A stretch of DNA of 64,000 bases from IMGVR_UViG_3300017917_002466:1-64000; one strand, 5' to 3'; positions 18,394 through 27,260 are shown, counted from the first letter of the stretch. The notes: generated by a model from the letters alone, not told the origin. A program made the numbers and translations.

Positions 18394-19533
18394 TTACACC
18401 AAATCTTCATCCATAATAGCTGAAGGCTGCCAACTAGGATCACCTAAATCTTCCTGAGCATTAATTGCCTGAACTTCGTCTTCTTCTTTTCCTTCTTCCC
18501 ACTTACCTACTTGTACATTATACTCATCTTCTACATTCTTGGTTTCATAACTTTTTCCATTATAATCTTCTGTAGAAACAAAATATAAAGCCCAAAGTAA
18601 TGCTGTTACACAGTCATCGTGTTCGTGCCTTCCTGCCGCAAAAACATTTGGCTTAATTTCTTCAAATCTACTAAGTTCATAGATTGTTGGTTCGTCACAT
18701 ACTCTAATTCTATCTTTTTCAAGATATTCTTTAAGTAACATATTAGCTTTGAGTTTAGACTTTCTTGTACTTCTAACTCCTAAAGCATTTGGGTCTAAAT
18801 TAATCAAGTCCTCATATTCAAACTCGTGCCAAATTGTATCTGCTACAGTTCCACCAATATCATTGTTTTCAACCATCATATGGGCATTATTATAGAACTT
18901 GGCGACTGATACACATATCTGTGCAAAGTCTCTTGGATTAATCATATTGTTTCTGTAAATTGCTACTTGTTCAATATCATATTCATTTTTAATCCAAAGG
19001 ACTTGAATAACTGAATAATCTTTTCCTATTCCTTTACCAGTATCAACACCAAGCACATATTCTCCGCCGTGAACTGGTTGTCTATAAATTGACAAAAGTC
19101 CATTCCATTTGGTTGCGATTGGGTCTTTAAACTGAATTCTTTCAAGAACGTCCGAATCAATAAGAGTTGATTGACTTCCAAGAAATTTACAATTTTTACT
19201 TATAATATTATTTGTATAATAAGAATTATCAGAAGAATTAACTTGAAGTAATGTATAAACTTTTTCTTTCTTTTTATTCAATTCTATTTTAACTATTTCT
19301 TTTAAACCATTTTTTGTTTCAAGTAAATCGCCTTCAAGAAGATATTTTGATTGTTCTTCATTACCATTTATAATAAAAGTATGGTCAGTAGATACTTCAA
19401 TAATATTCTCATCTTCTAAAGTAAATTTTAAAATTTGAACTTTTTCTAAAACCTCACCGATACCAGCAAAAGTTTTAAAACCTTCAGGTGTTTCAACTTC
19501 AAAGTTTGATATAAATTTAGTTTTGGTTTTCAT
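18394..19533 (-). CDS. gp17: Large terminase C-terminal (nuclease) part fused to split-intein IntC
   Basis: First 114 aa intein-like (STDH block B; VYTLLQV...YYTNNIISKN/C), then CKFLGSQSTLI, YVLGVDTGKG.GKDYS, HDDCVTAL. Confidence 0.92.
   Translation of the reverse strand: MKTKTKFISNFEVETPEGFKTFAGIGEVLEKVQILKFTLEDENIIEVSTDHTFIINGNEEQSKYLLEGDLLETKNGLKEIVKIELNKKKEKVYTLLQVNSSDNSYYTNNIISKNCKFLGSQSTLIDSDVLERIQFKDPIATKWNGLLSIYRQPVHGGEYVLGVDTGKGIGKDYSVIQVLWIKNEYDIEQVAIYRNNMINPRDFAQICVSVAKFYNNAHMMVENNDIGGTVADTIWHEFEYEDLINLDPNALGVRSTRKSKLKANMLLKEYLEKDRIRVCDEPTIYELSRFEEIKPNVFAAGRHEHDDCVTALLWALYFVSTEDYNGKSYETKNVEDEYNVQVGKWEEGKEEDEVQAINAQEDLGDPSWQPSAIMDEDLV
19192..19533 (-). other. Split intein C-fragment (114 aa), ends Lys-Asn, +1 Cys
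   Basis: Hint-domain blocks B, F and G visible in the translation. Confidence 0.85.
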
Positions 19534-20518
19534 TCAATTTTTCCATAAATTGTTTTTCAGTTAAATAGTTTTTAGCCGAATTTATTTTACGAGAACAAAT
19601 ACATAAGTTTTTAAAAGAACCTATTTCTCTCGGATCAATCTTATTTACAAATCCATAATAAACAGAAATTTTATGGTCAATAGTTGGTTGCATAGAATTA
19701 GTATTAAAATGTCTATGATCTATTTTTTCATATTCTAAATTTCCAACTAATTTTTCTCCAGTATAATAATCATATCCATCAAATATTCTATAAACTCTAA
19801 TCCTATGTTTTAAAGTTTCATTTCTAACTAAAGACCAATATTTTTCATATTCAGTTTTAATTTTTCCAATCAACCATTTACCATTTTCTTCGTTACTTTT
19901 TCTTATTTTATCATAAACCCAATCTAATTGAGTATTCCACTCTACACCATATTTTTCTAAACAAGTTTGTTTTCTTTTATTTAAAATTATATTCAATTCT
20001 TCTTCAGTTAAATTTCTCCAAAATTTTTTTCTCTTTTCATTAATTTCTTTTTTATTTTCATTCAAAACTTTCCATCTAGCTTTAATACAAGACTTCATTA
20101 AAAAATTATGACTAACTCCATATTTTTCCTGAATAGTATTACTTTGTTTATTTTTGACATTTTCAACTTCCATAACATTATCGGCACCATATTTTTCTAA
20201 ACAAGTTTGTTTTCTTTTATTTGCTTCTTTTTTAACATCTCTTATTTCAAAAGATTTTTTAATTTTATCTCTAACATATTCTGATTTTTGTTGATGTTTT
20301 AAGCAACAAAATTTAGCATAACCTTTATTGTATCCATAAAATTTAGTTTCTTTTCCACAATATAAACATTTTCCTTCGTCTTCTTTTTTAATATGTTTAT
20401 CATAATATTCTTGTAAACTTATATTATGTTTTATTTTAAGATGATATTGACTAAAACTAATAATAGTTAAATTAGTTTGAATATTACATTCTTTACAAAA
20501 GAATTTTTCTTTTTCCAT
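19517..20518 (-). CDS. Free-standing HNH homing endonuclease with N-terminal Zn finger
   Basis: CKEC...HLKIKH, CLYCGK, KQTCLEKYG repeats, TIDHKISVYYGF...NLCICSRKINSAK. Confidence 0.85.
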   Translation of the reverse strand: MEKEKFFCKECNIQTNLTIISFSQYHLKIKHNISLQEYYDKHIKKEDEGKCLYCGKETKFYGYNKGYAKFCCLKHQQKSEYVRDKIKKSFEIRDVKKEANKRKQTCLEKYGADNVMEVENVKNKQSNTIQEKYGVSHNFLMKSCIKARWKVLNENKKEINEKRKKFWRNLTEEELNIILNKRKQTCLEKYGVEWNTQLDWVYDKIRKSNEENGKWLIGKIKTEYEKYWSLVRNETLKHRIRVYRIFDGYDYYTGEKLVGNLEYEKIDHRHFNTNSMQPTIDHKISVYYGFVNKIDPREIGSFKNLCICSRKINSAKNYLTEKQFMEKLNENQN

Positions 20519-20543
20519 TTTTGACTCCTTTATAAATAAAATT

Positions 20544-20604
20544 TAGAGGGACATATAGGAGATTTGACTCGCCTATCGCAGAACGCCAATTCTGCTTACC
20601 TCTA
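20544..20604 (+). ncRNA. HEG-associated motif copy 4, inverted relative to the HNH gene
   Basis: TAGAGG-GACAT-ATAGG agaTTTGACTCg CCTAT-C-GCAGAA cgccaa TTCTGC-TTA-CCTCTA; TATAAATA at 20531-20538 (+) and 20606-20613 (-). Confidence 0.6.
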
Positions 20605-20706
20605 TTATTTATATTTTTTACTTTTAAAAAATTCCCCAATTTCAATATTTTTTTCTACTTTCATCTTTATATCTCTAATATTTATAATAGTTTGTGAATT
20701 AGCGCA
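20605..20706 (-). other. Split intein N-fragment (33 aa, starts Cys)
   Basis: Block-A-like CANSQTII...IGEF after the extein EFQ. Confidence 0.8.
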
Positions 20707-21510
20707 TTGAAATTCTTGTGCGAATCTGATTGGGTTAGTATCAGCAATGGTTTGCTTTTTCCATTTTTCATCTCTACCAGGAACTTCCCACCAGCCAACA
20801 CTTATAGGAAAGAAGTTATTAGTATTTTCTGTTCTGATAGCCTTAGCCCAAAATTCATAAAAGTGGTTCAAACCCTTTGGGGTTGAAACCATAATAATCT
20901 TGTTGCCTTCATAGCTTGAAATAACTGGATAGGTTGATGTAATGAATTCTTCGGCAACGTGAGAAGGAACCTTGGCAAACTCATCCAAGAAAAGAAGGTT
21001 AACGGTTAAAGAGGTCAAAGCTTCCGCAGAGGTAGCAGATGCTAGTATCCTTGAACCATTCTCAAATTCAACAGACTTTTTATTCCAACCACTTTCTGTT
21101 AATCCTTGTTGTAGCCAAATAGGAAGCATTGTTATAGCTGTTTTAACTCTTTTTAAAATATCTACAGCGGCTTCTTGTTTATGAGCCACGATTGCAACAG
21201 TCTTATCCTTATTGAATAATGCATACCAAAGTAAAAAAATGGTTGAAACAGTAGTCTTTCCACTCTGTCTGGCTATCTTTACGATACAATGTCTCTTGTT
21301 ATTTGGGGTTTCTACGAAGGCTTTTAATACTTTCTTTTGCCATTCATAAAGAACAATCTTTGACTTTCCTTTTTTACCAGTAATAATATAAAAGTAATTC
21401 TCAGCAAAGTAAACAATATCCGTTTTACACTTGATGATTTCATCAATCATCTTTTGAGTATATTCAATCTTTTCACCAACTTTTCTTAAATTAGGATTTC
21501 CAAAAAACAT
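20605..21510 (-). CDS. gp17: Large terminase N-terminal (ATPase) part fused to short split-intein IntN
   Basis: ARQSGKTT Walker A, LLFLDEFA Walker B, VSTPKGLNHFY; ends FAQEFQ/CANSQTIINIRD...IEIGEFF. Confidence 0.93.
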   Translation of the reverse strand: MFFGNPNLRKVGEKIEYTQKMIDEIIKCKTDIVYFAENYFYIITGKKGKSKIVLYEWQKKVLKAFVETPNNKRHCIVKIARQSGKTTVSTIFLLWYALFNKDKTVAIVAHKQEAAVDILKRVKTAITMLPIWLQQGLTESGWNKKSVEFENGSRILASATSAEALTSLTVNLLFLDEFAKVPSHVAEEFITSTYPVISSYEGNKIIMVSTPKGLNHFYEFWAKAIRTENTNNFFPISVGWWEVPGRDEKWKKQTIADTNPIRFAQEFQCANSQTIINIRDIKMKVEKNIEIGEFFKSKKYK

Positions 21511-22046
21511 TATTCAATATCCTTTTCTTTTTTGAACCTGGCCGATGGTAAATGCTCATCTTCAATTGTAAAAGTGGCTTCAATTTTATTCATTTCACTT
21601 GTTGCACTGGCTTTATTTATCATATCAAGAAGCTGTTCCGAACTTAAGGATATTTTATTATTAGCTCCAATATTTTTAATATCAACTGCTCCAACTTGAA
21701 CTTGAGCATCAAAAATATTCTTATTCAATTCAATAAGAGAATTATATTGCTTACCAATAGCTTCTATAAGCTTTGCGTATACTTCTATCTTACGATTGTC
21801 AGTTCCTATCTTAATGTCTTGCTCAACCTTATACATGACTGTTCTCGCAGACATAATAAGGGAACGAAGTTCTGTTCTGATAAAGTCTTGATCTTGTAGT
21901 AATGTGGTAGGAGATTTTACTTTAAGTTCAATCTCAGTCTTTTTATTTTCAATCAAATTCATATCACGATCAACTTCTTTAATTATCTTTTTAAACTCTT
22001 CATCATTGATATTAAACGCACTGGTCAACCCTTCAAACCCTTCCAT
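21510..22046 (-). CDS. gp16: Small terminase subunit (gp16-like)
   Basis: Directly upstream of gp17; DQDFIRTELRSLI...IEVYAKLIEAI helical pattern. Confidence 0.7.
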   Translation of the reverse strand: MEGFEGLTSAFNINDEEFKKIIKEVDRDMNLIENKKTEIELKVKSPTTLLQDQDFIRTELRSLIMSARTVMYKVEQDIKIGTDNRKIEVYAKLIEAIGKQYNSLIELNKNIFDAQVQVGAVDIKNIGANNKISLSSEQLLDMINKASATSEMNKIEATFTIEDEHLPSARFKKEKDIE

Positions 22047-22059
22047 AATAAACTCTCCT

Positions 22060-23001
22060 TTACGTTATATTTGTAGCACTAGTAAAGTATGCAAAATCTT
22101 TTACATCATCTTTAAAATCTCCACTAAAAGTATAAGTTCCAATTGCTGGGACTGCGCTGGATGGTAATTCTCCCGCTGATGTGTATTTAACCCCTGAAGT
22201 TTCAAAATAATCTGCTGAAATAACTAATCCATTAAAGTCTGATGCAGAAGTATATTGTGCTGACATAACAGCAACAGCCTGTGAAGAATCAACAACAAAA
22301 TATTTACTATTAATAACTTTAATGATCTTACTATATTCAAATGGACGATACATCCAAGATTCAACAGTTAAATCTAAAGTTGCATTAATATATCTTCTTT
22401 CATCATCTGAAATTTCTGATGAAACAAATTCAGGAACTACTCCCGGCATCGTAACTTTCAAATCCCTCTCAACATTCAAAAAGGAAAATTCTTTGACTCT
22501 TAAAAACAAAGCTGGATTAAAATAAGGAAGAATGTTTTCCATTATCTGTGAAAAATAATCCATTGAGTCAACCATAATATGAAGAGTATAATTAATATCC
22601 CAAGGGGTTGGTTGATAATCACGAAGAACTTCATCAACATTGGTTCCATCAACTAATGTTTCTGCAAACCATTCTCTCCACTCATTGACTCCGTATGCTC
22701 TATCTGCATTATAAGCTATTCCATTCATCACCAAGGCCATTCTTGGTGTTGAAATCCAGTATCTCTGGCCATAAGGTTCTACTTGTTTATATCCATTAAT
22801 ATCATTAGCGCTTGCAATATACTCGTGATCTTCAATACGTTGCATATGTTCCTTTTCCATTGGACCAAAAGAAATAGGAACATTATATACATCAGCTGAA
22901 GTACCAGATGATGTATACTTATATACTATAATATCATTGAACATATCCATTAAAGCAACAGTCACATTACGAATTGTGCGTGGATAATAAAAAGTTTTCA
23001 T
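22060..23001 (-). CDS. gp15: Tail terminator / sheath stabiliser
   Basis: FYYPRTIRNVTVALMDMFNDI, VPISFGP, PTPWDINYTL, QIMENILPYFNP. Confidence 0.9.
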   Translation of the reverse strand: MKTFYYPRTIRNVTVALMDMFNDIIVYKYTSSGTSADVYNVPISFGPMEKEHMQRIEDHEYIASANDINGYKQVEPYGQRYWISTPRMALVMNGIAYNADRAYGVNEWREWFAETLVDGTNVDEVLRDYQPTPWDINYTLHIMVDSMDYFSQIMENILPYFNPALFLRVKEFSFLNVERDLKVTMPGVVPEFVSSEISDDERRYINATLDLTVESWMYRPFEYSKIIKVINSKYFVVDSSQAVAVMSAQYTSASDFNGLVISADYFETSGVKYTSAGELPSSAVPAIGTYTFSGDFKDDVKDFAYFTSATNIT

Positions 23002-23167
23002 TTAATTTTTTCCAATTTTATTTTTAAATTCTTCTTCTGTCATATAATTTTTTACACTATTAGTACTTCTACTACAAATACATAAATTATTTATGAGTTT
23101 GATTAATATGAGACATTAAACCTTGTAAACTTTTACATTCTTTTCTGCAAATCTTACAAATTTCCAT
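23002..23167 (-). pseudogene. Internally deleted Zn-finger/HNH endonuclease remnant
   Basis: MEICKICRKECKSLQGLMSHINQTH joined out of frame to NNLCICSRSTNSVKNYMTEEEF, matching both ends of 19517..20518. Confidence 0.8.
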
Positions 23168-23172
23168 AATTT

Positions 23173-23244
23173 ACCTCCAACTAGGTTAAAAATTGGGATA
23201 ATCTTTTGAGTTGGCAAAAGAAACGCCCGTCGGCGCTGTCTCCC
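23173..23244 (-). ncRNA. HEG-associated motif copy 2
   Basis: GGGA-GACAG-CGCC gacg GGCG-TT-TCTTTTG ccaact CAAAAGA-TTA-TCCC, then ACCT agttgg AGGT. Confidence 0.7.
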
Positions 23245-23251
23245 TCTATAT

Positions 23252-24001
23252 TTATCTTCCCATTCCCGGTATAACCATTGGGTTTGAAGCCTTTTTCTTA
23301 AAATTCATTTTCTTATCCATTAACATTTGAACAAAAGGTTGAAGACCTGCTTCTCCATTATCTGTTGAAATGATTTCTTGTATCATTGACTTGAAATGTT
23401 TCCAATCATCAAAGTTTCCTGATTTACTCTGATCTGCAATCTCAAGTTGCTCTAATGCCTTTTTTAAATAGTCAAGAGCAGCTTTTCCTGCAAATATTTC
23501 ACTTATATTTGAGTCTTGACCAAGAACTGATTCCTTAACAGGTTTTTCTGTTGAAGTTTCTTCTTTGCTTTCATCTTCTGGTTTATCAGTTGTATCAGCC
23601 TGAGCTTCTTCCTTTGTCTTATGAATAACACCGGCCTTATGGTTTGGTGGTGCATAGATAGTATAGACTTTAAGTCCCTTATCGTCTGCAATAACATTAT
23701 GCTTTGAACCGGCGGGAACAACAAAAGCAGAACCGTCTTTAATTTCTGTTTCTTTTCCGTTAATAACTACCTTTCCAGAACCACCATCAACTCTAAAAAA
23801 CTGATCTACCTTTTCGTGTGTTTCTTCCCCAATATCTTCATTTGGATTTAAAGACATTAACACAAGCTGAAGATGTTCTCCAGTAAAAATATCTTTACGA
23901 AAGTTGGTATTATCAGTAGTATCCTTCTCAATATCAACTACAATTCCCTTTGGTTGTTCTTCTGCTGCTTCTGCTTCTTTAACAAAATCTTTGAATGACA
24001 T
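23252..24001 (-). CDS. Cupin-domain protein with capsid-targeting-like N-terminus
   Basis: LQLVLMSL..EDIGEETHEKVDQFFRVDGGSG...VVPAGSKHNV cupin motifs; begins MSFKDFVKE. Confidence 0.8.
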   Translation of the reverse strand: MSFKDFVKEAEAAEEQPKGIVVDIEKDTTDNTNFRKDIFTGEHLQLVLMSLNPNEDIGEETHEKVDQFFRVDGGSGKVVINGKETEIKDGSAFVVPAGSKHNVIADDKGLKVYTIYAPPNHKAGVIHKTKEEAQADTTDKPEDESKEETSTEKPVKESVLGQDSNISEIFAGKAALDYLKKALEQLEIADQSKSGNFDDWKHFKSMIQEIISTDNGEAGLQPFVQMLMDKKMNFKKKASNPMVIPGMGR

Positions 24002-24003
24002 AG

Positions 24004-24231
24004 TTATACTCCTAAAGTTTGTTTAATTTTATCTATAATTGAAAGTTCTTCGCCTTCTTTTGGTTCATTAAGATATTCACTACCAAATTTTCTTGTAAGC
24101 CGAATTTGTACTTCTTCCCAACGAGCACCTTGGTCTAACATCTTCTTAGCTGTATCAATAATGAAATTAATTTCATCATCTGCGCCTTCTTCATCGTCAA
24201 TAAATTGATCTAGTTCTTGTAGAATATCCAT
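24004..24231 (-). CDS. Small acidic hypothetical protein
   Basis: ORF in coupled operon. Confidence 0.6.
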   Translation of the reverse strand: MDILQELDQFIDDEEGADDEINFIIDTAKKMLDQGARWEEVQIRLTRKFGSEYLNEPKEGEELSIIDKIKQTLGV

Positions 24232-24614
24232 TATGACTCTCCTCCAATTTTAGTATAAAAATTTTTTTTATAAGCTATGTTATCAAGAGCAAGCTTTCTT
24301 GCGATTGCTTCTGAATTAGTATGTATATCTAATTCAAATTTAATACCTTTTTTAAGTTCTTCTTCATCTGGCTCAATTGGATTCTCTTTAAATTTTCCCG
24401 CATTAAATAAATCAGAAAGAAGAGAATAAATTTTATCTTCAAATTCGTGAATAGTCTTTCCCTTATCTCCCTCTACATAACCAAAAGATTTGGCTATTTT
24501 ATGTATATCTTCATCTTCTGGATGATCGTGAGTAGAAAAGTATTCAATTATAGCACCCATCTCTTTATCTTCAGTCTCTTCTTTCTTTTCTCTAATGAAT
24601 TCTTTGAATGACAT
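24231..24614 (-). CDS. Putative internal head protein (GIKFELDIHT...IALDNI..Y motif)
   Basis: Begins MSFKEFIRE. Confidence 0.55.
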   Translation of the reverse strand: MSFKEFIREKKEETEDKEMGAIIEYFSTHDHPEDEDIHKIAKSFGYVEGDKGKTIHEFEDKIYSLLSDLFNAGKFKENPIEPDEEELKKGIKFELDIHTNSEAIARKLALDNIAYKKNFYTKIGGES

Positions 24615-24616
24615 AT

Positions 24617-24892
24617 TTAACTCCTATGTACTCTAAGTTCGCCTCTTTTAATCATTTCAGCAAATTGATCGTATCCAAATTCTACTTTTTTATCAAGATA
24701 TATAGTTCTATTATTAAATTCTACTGTAACTCCAAAATCTCCAATATATGTAATATGTCCAAATCCTCTTCCATAACTTTCAACAACATCTCCAACTTTA
24801 ACTTGTTTTATATTAGTCTTATATGCCATTTCATTACTTACATCTAATAATTCATTGAACAATGTCTCTCTTAAATAGTATTTAAATGACAT
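24617..24892 (-). CDS. Putative internal head protein
   Basis: Start reassigned to ATG 24892 (RBS AGGAG): MSFKYYLRE. Confidence 0.55.
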   Translation of the reverse strand: MSFKYYLRETLFNELLDVSNEMAYKTNIKQVKVGDVVESYGRGFGHITYIGDFGVTVEFNNRTIYLDKKVEFGYDQFAEMIKRGELRVHRS

Positions 24893-24893
24893 T

Positions 24894-25097
24894 TTAAGCT
24901 CCTTTGATTTCCAAATTTCTAAAAATAGTTTTAAGAACTTTGTCATAGATTTGGTTAGCTATATTATCCTCAAGCCCAAACTCTAAGTCTTGTGATGTCA
25001 TTTCTTCAATAATTTTCGCGATTCGATCTACTATATCTTCACGAAAACTTGGGTCTACACGACTACTAAATTCTTTCAAATATTTCTTATAAGACAT
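24894..25097 (-). CDS. Putative internal head protein
   Basis: Begins MSYKKYLKE; RBS AGGAGGAG. Confidence 0.55.
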   Translation of the reverse strand: MSYKKYLKEFSSRVDPSFREDIVDRIAKIIEEMTSQDLEFGLEDNIANQIYDKVLKTIFRNLEIKGA

Positions 25098-25109
25098 ATT
25101 GACTCCTCC

Positions 25110-25889
25110 TTATGCTACAATAAAATCTGGTGGGTGTGATTCATCAAAGAATCTATCAAACCACTTTTCTTCCATCTCTTTATATTCGCTGATAATATCA
25201 GCCGCATTAATTGTCAATCCGTCTGGTAATGTTCCACCATACTTAGAAAGGTTTCGTCCCCAACGTATACCGGCTCTTGCAACAGCTACCTTCTTAACCA
25301 ACGGATTATTATAAAGGTTCTCTGCATATTCCCTTCTCCAAAAGATAAGGACTCCTACTAAGGCTTCGCTTGGAGTTGGTGTGATTCTTATGACCTCTCG
25401 CCCCGGTAAATAGTCTACTTGATACATCTTACCAAACATTTCGTTAATCATATCCAAGTAAACCATTGCGGTAGAATAATTGGTCAAGGTTAGTCCAGTT
25501 CCTCCTACAGAACCCGGACCTCCCGGATAACCACCTTGGTTAACATACTGATCATAAAGAAGAATATGTGTTGGACTGAATAGAGTATTAATTCCATCAG
25601 CACCAAAAGCAATGGATAATTCCCAAGCGTGCTGGACATTTTCTAGTGTTGCACTTGTTCCATATTCCCTACACGAAGAAATAGGGTAGTCCATTTGACC
25701 AGCTGATGTTTGAAAAAGAAAGTAATCTCTGAAAGAGCCTTCGTCGTAGTTATATCGCTGAAAATCTTGACAAACATCATATATTGCTTGTTCAAGTTGG
25801 GTATCAGAGATTTCGATGTTTATTACTGGATAACCTAATTGAGTTAAAATATAATTTTTCATTTCTGTAAGATTAGTAATTTTTGCCAT
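25110..25889 (-). CDS. gp13: Neck protein
   Basis: MKNYILTQLGYPVINIEI...Q..QAI..F.RYNYDEG; WGRNLSKYGGTLPDGLTIN. Confidence 0.9.
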   Translation of the reverse strand: MAKITNLTEMKNYILTQLGYPVINIEISDTQLEQAIYDVCQDFQRYNYDEGSFRDYFLFQTSAGQMDYPISSCREYGTSATLENVQHAWELSIAFGADGINTLFSPTHILLYDQYVNQGGYPGGPGSVGGTGLTLTNYSTAMVYLDMINEMFGKMYQVDYLPGREVIRITPTPSEALVGVLIFWRREYAENLYNNPLVKKVAVARAGIRWGRNLSKYGGTLPDGLTINAADIISEYKEMEEKWFDRFFDESHPPDFIVA

Positions 25890-25890
25890 A

Positions 25891-26583
25891 TTATTCTCCT
25901 AAAAATTCATTAAGTTGAATTTGATTATTTCTTTTCTTACCATAAATTTTATGAAATTGTTTATGGCAATGATTACATAAACAAATTCCATTATCAAAAT
26001 CAACTCTTTTATCTTTATTTGAAACAAAATTCTCAATATGATAAGCTATTAAAGTTCCATCATATCTTTCACCAATATACCCACATTTTTGACAAGTAAA
26101 ATTATAATTTTGTAATATTGTTCTTTTCCAACGGTCATATCCATTAATTGATCGACCTTTAATTCTTTCTTTATAACTCAATTTTATTTTTCTTTTTATA
26201 GATTTTTCTATTGCTGAACAATCCAAACATCTTACTGAATTATAAGTAATCTTTTTTCCACAATCTTTACAATAATGTTGTTTAATAGAAACTCCATTTC
26301 TCCATTGTCTATTTCTCTCACCAGAAGTTGCACACTTAACACAAATATTTCTATATTGATAAAATTCTAATTCTGAAATTTCACCACATACATCACATTT
26401 TCTTAAAACTTTAGCTTTAGATTTTGGAAGTAAATCTTTTATACTAACTAAAATAATAGTTCCGTTTTTAATATACCATCTATAACTACTATCTTTATAT
26501 CTTGGAATTTCATAACCAAGACCTTCATAGTGTCTATAATTGCGGCCATTAATACTTACTTCAACTCTATCAGATAGTATCAT
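25891..26583 (-). CDS. HNH homing endonuclease
   Basis: Several CxxC; FTCQKCG...AYHIENF...DNGICLCNHCHKQFH. Confidence 0.8.
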   Translation of the reverse strand: MILSDRVEVSINGRNYRHYEGLGYEIPRYKDSSYRWYIKNGTIILVSIKDLLPKSKAKVLRKCDVCGEISELEFYQYRNICVKCATSGERNRQWRNGVSIKQHYCKDCGKKITYNSVRCLDCSAIEKSIKRKIKLSYKERIKGRSINGYDRWKRTILQNYNFTCQKCGYIGERYDGTLIAYHIENFVSNKDKRVDFDNGICLCNHCHKQFHKIYGKKRNNQIQLNEFLGE

Positions 26584-26938
26584 TTGCTTCCTCTGTTACT
26601 AGAGTTTTATTATCAGATGGTCTTGTCTTTTTCTTTTCAGACCTTACTTTCTTATCAAGACGAACACCTTTCAATGGCTTATTCTTCTTTTCTTCAATCT
26701 TTTCAATAATGATTTCTTTTATAGAAGGCTCATTTATATCATATTTTGGACTATCAATTGTTTTAAGAATCTGCTTCACAGGTTGAGGCGGGACTATTAC
26801 TCTTAGTAATCCAGTAAAATTATCTTCAAAAAAACAAATATCTGGAATTATATGAAGAAGACCATCACAAGGAACTTTATAAGTTTGTCCATTCTTATCA
26901 AATTTTATGTCAAATCCTGCTACATTTATTACTTTCAT
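26570..26938 (-). CDS. Hypothetical protein
   Basis: ATG 26938 follows AGGAGG. Confidence 0.6.
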   Translation of the reverse strand: MKVINVAGFDIKFDKNGQTYKVPCDGLLHIIPDICFFEDNFTGLLRVIVPPQPVKQILKTIDSPKYDINEPSIKEIIIEKIEEKKNKPLKGVRLDKKVRSEKKKTRPSDNKTLVTEEANDTI

Positions 26939-26965
26939 CTTAGTCCTCCTTTTCAAATTTTCAAT

Positions 26966-27104
26966 TTAATACATTTTGGTATGTTTAACTAAATTATCTT
27001 CTTTAGTTAATAACTGAAGATTTGTATAATGACACAATTTATTAACCTCTTCTTCAGTTTTAGCAGTCACTAAAGGAATGATATGGTCTATATGATACCT
27101 ATTA
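26966..27104 (-). pseudogene. 3' remnant of HNH endonuclease
   Basis: NRYHIDHIIPLVTAKTEEEVNKLCHYTNLQLLTKEDNLVKH, near-identical to C-terminus of 35027..35755; no start or N-terminus. Confidence 0.85.
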
Positions 27105-27110
27105 TTTTAA

Positions 27111-27167
27111 AGTAGAGATAATCTTTGTGTTGGCAAAGAAAAGTTAATTACTCCCTGTCTCTCTACT
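27111..27167 (-). ncRNA. HEG-associated motif copy 5
   Basis: TATAAATA (27172-27179), then AGTAGAGA-GACAG-P2 (G-U rich)-TCTTTG ccaaca CAAAGA-TTA-TCTCTACT. Confidence 0.7.
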
Positions 27168-27204
27168 TATGTATTTATACTTGAATGACTTCTGAACGCA
27201 AAAT

Positions 27205-27230
27205 GGGGTTGGTGATTTCTCACCAACCCC
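27205..27230 (-). terminator. Intrinsic terminator after major capsid gene
   Basis: GGGGTTGGTGA-gaaa-TCACCAACCCC followed by ATTTT. Confidence 0.85.
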
Positions 27231-27260
27231 TATTTTTACCGAGTATCTTTACTCAGTTAA

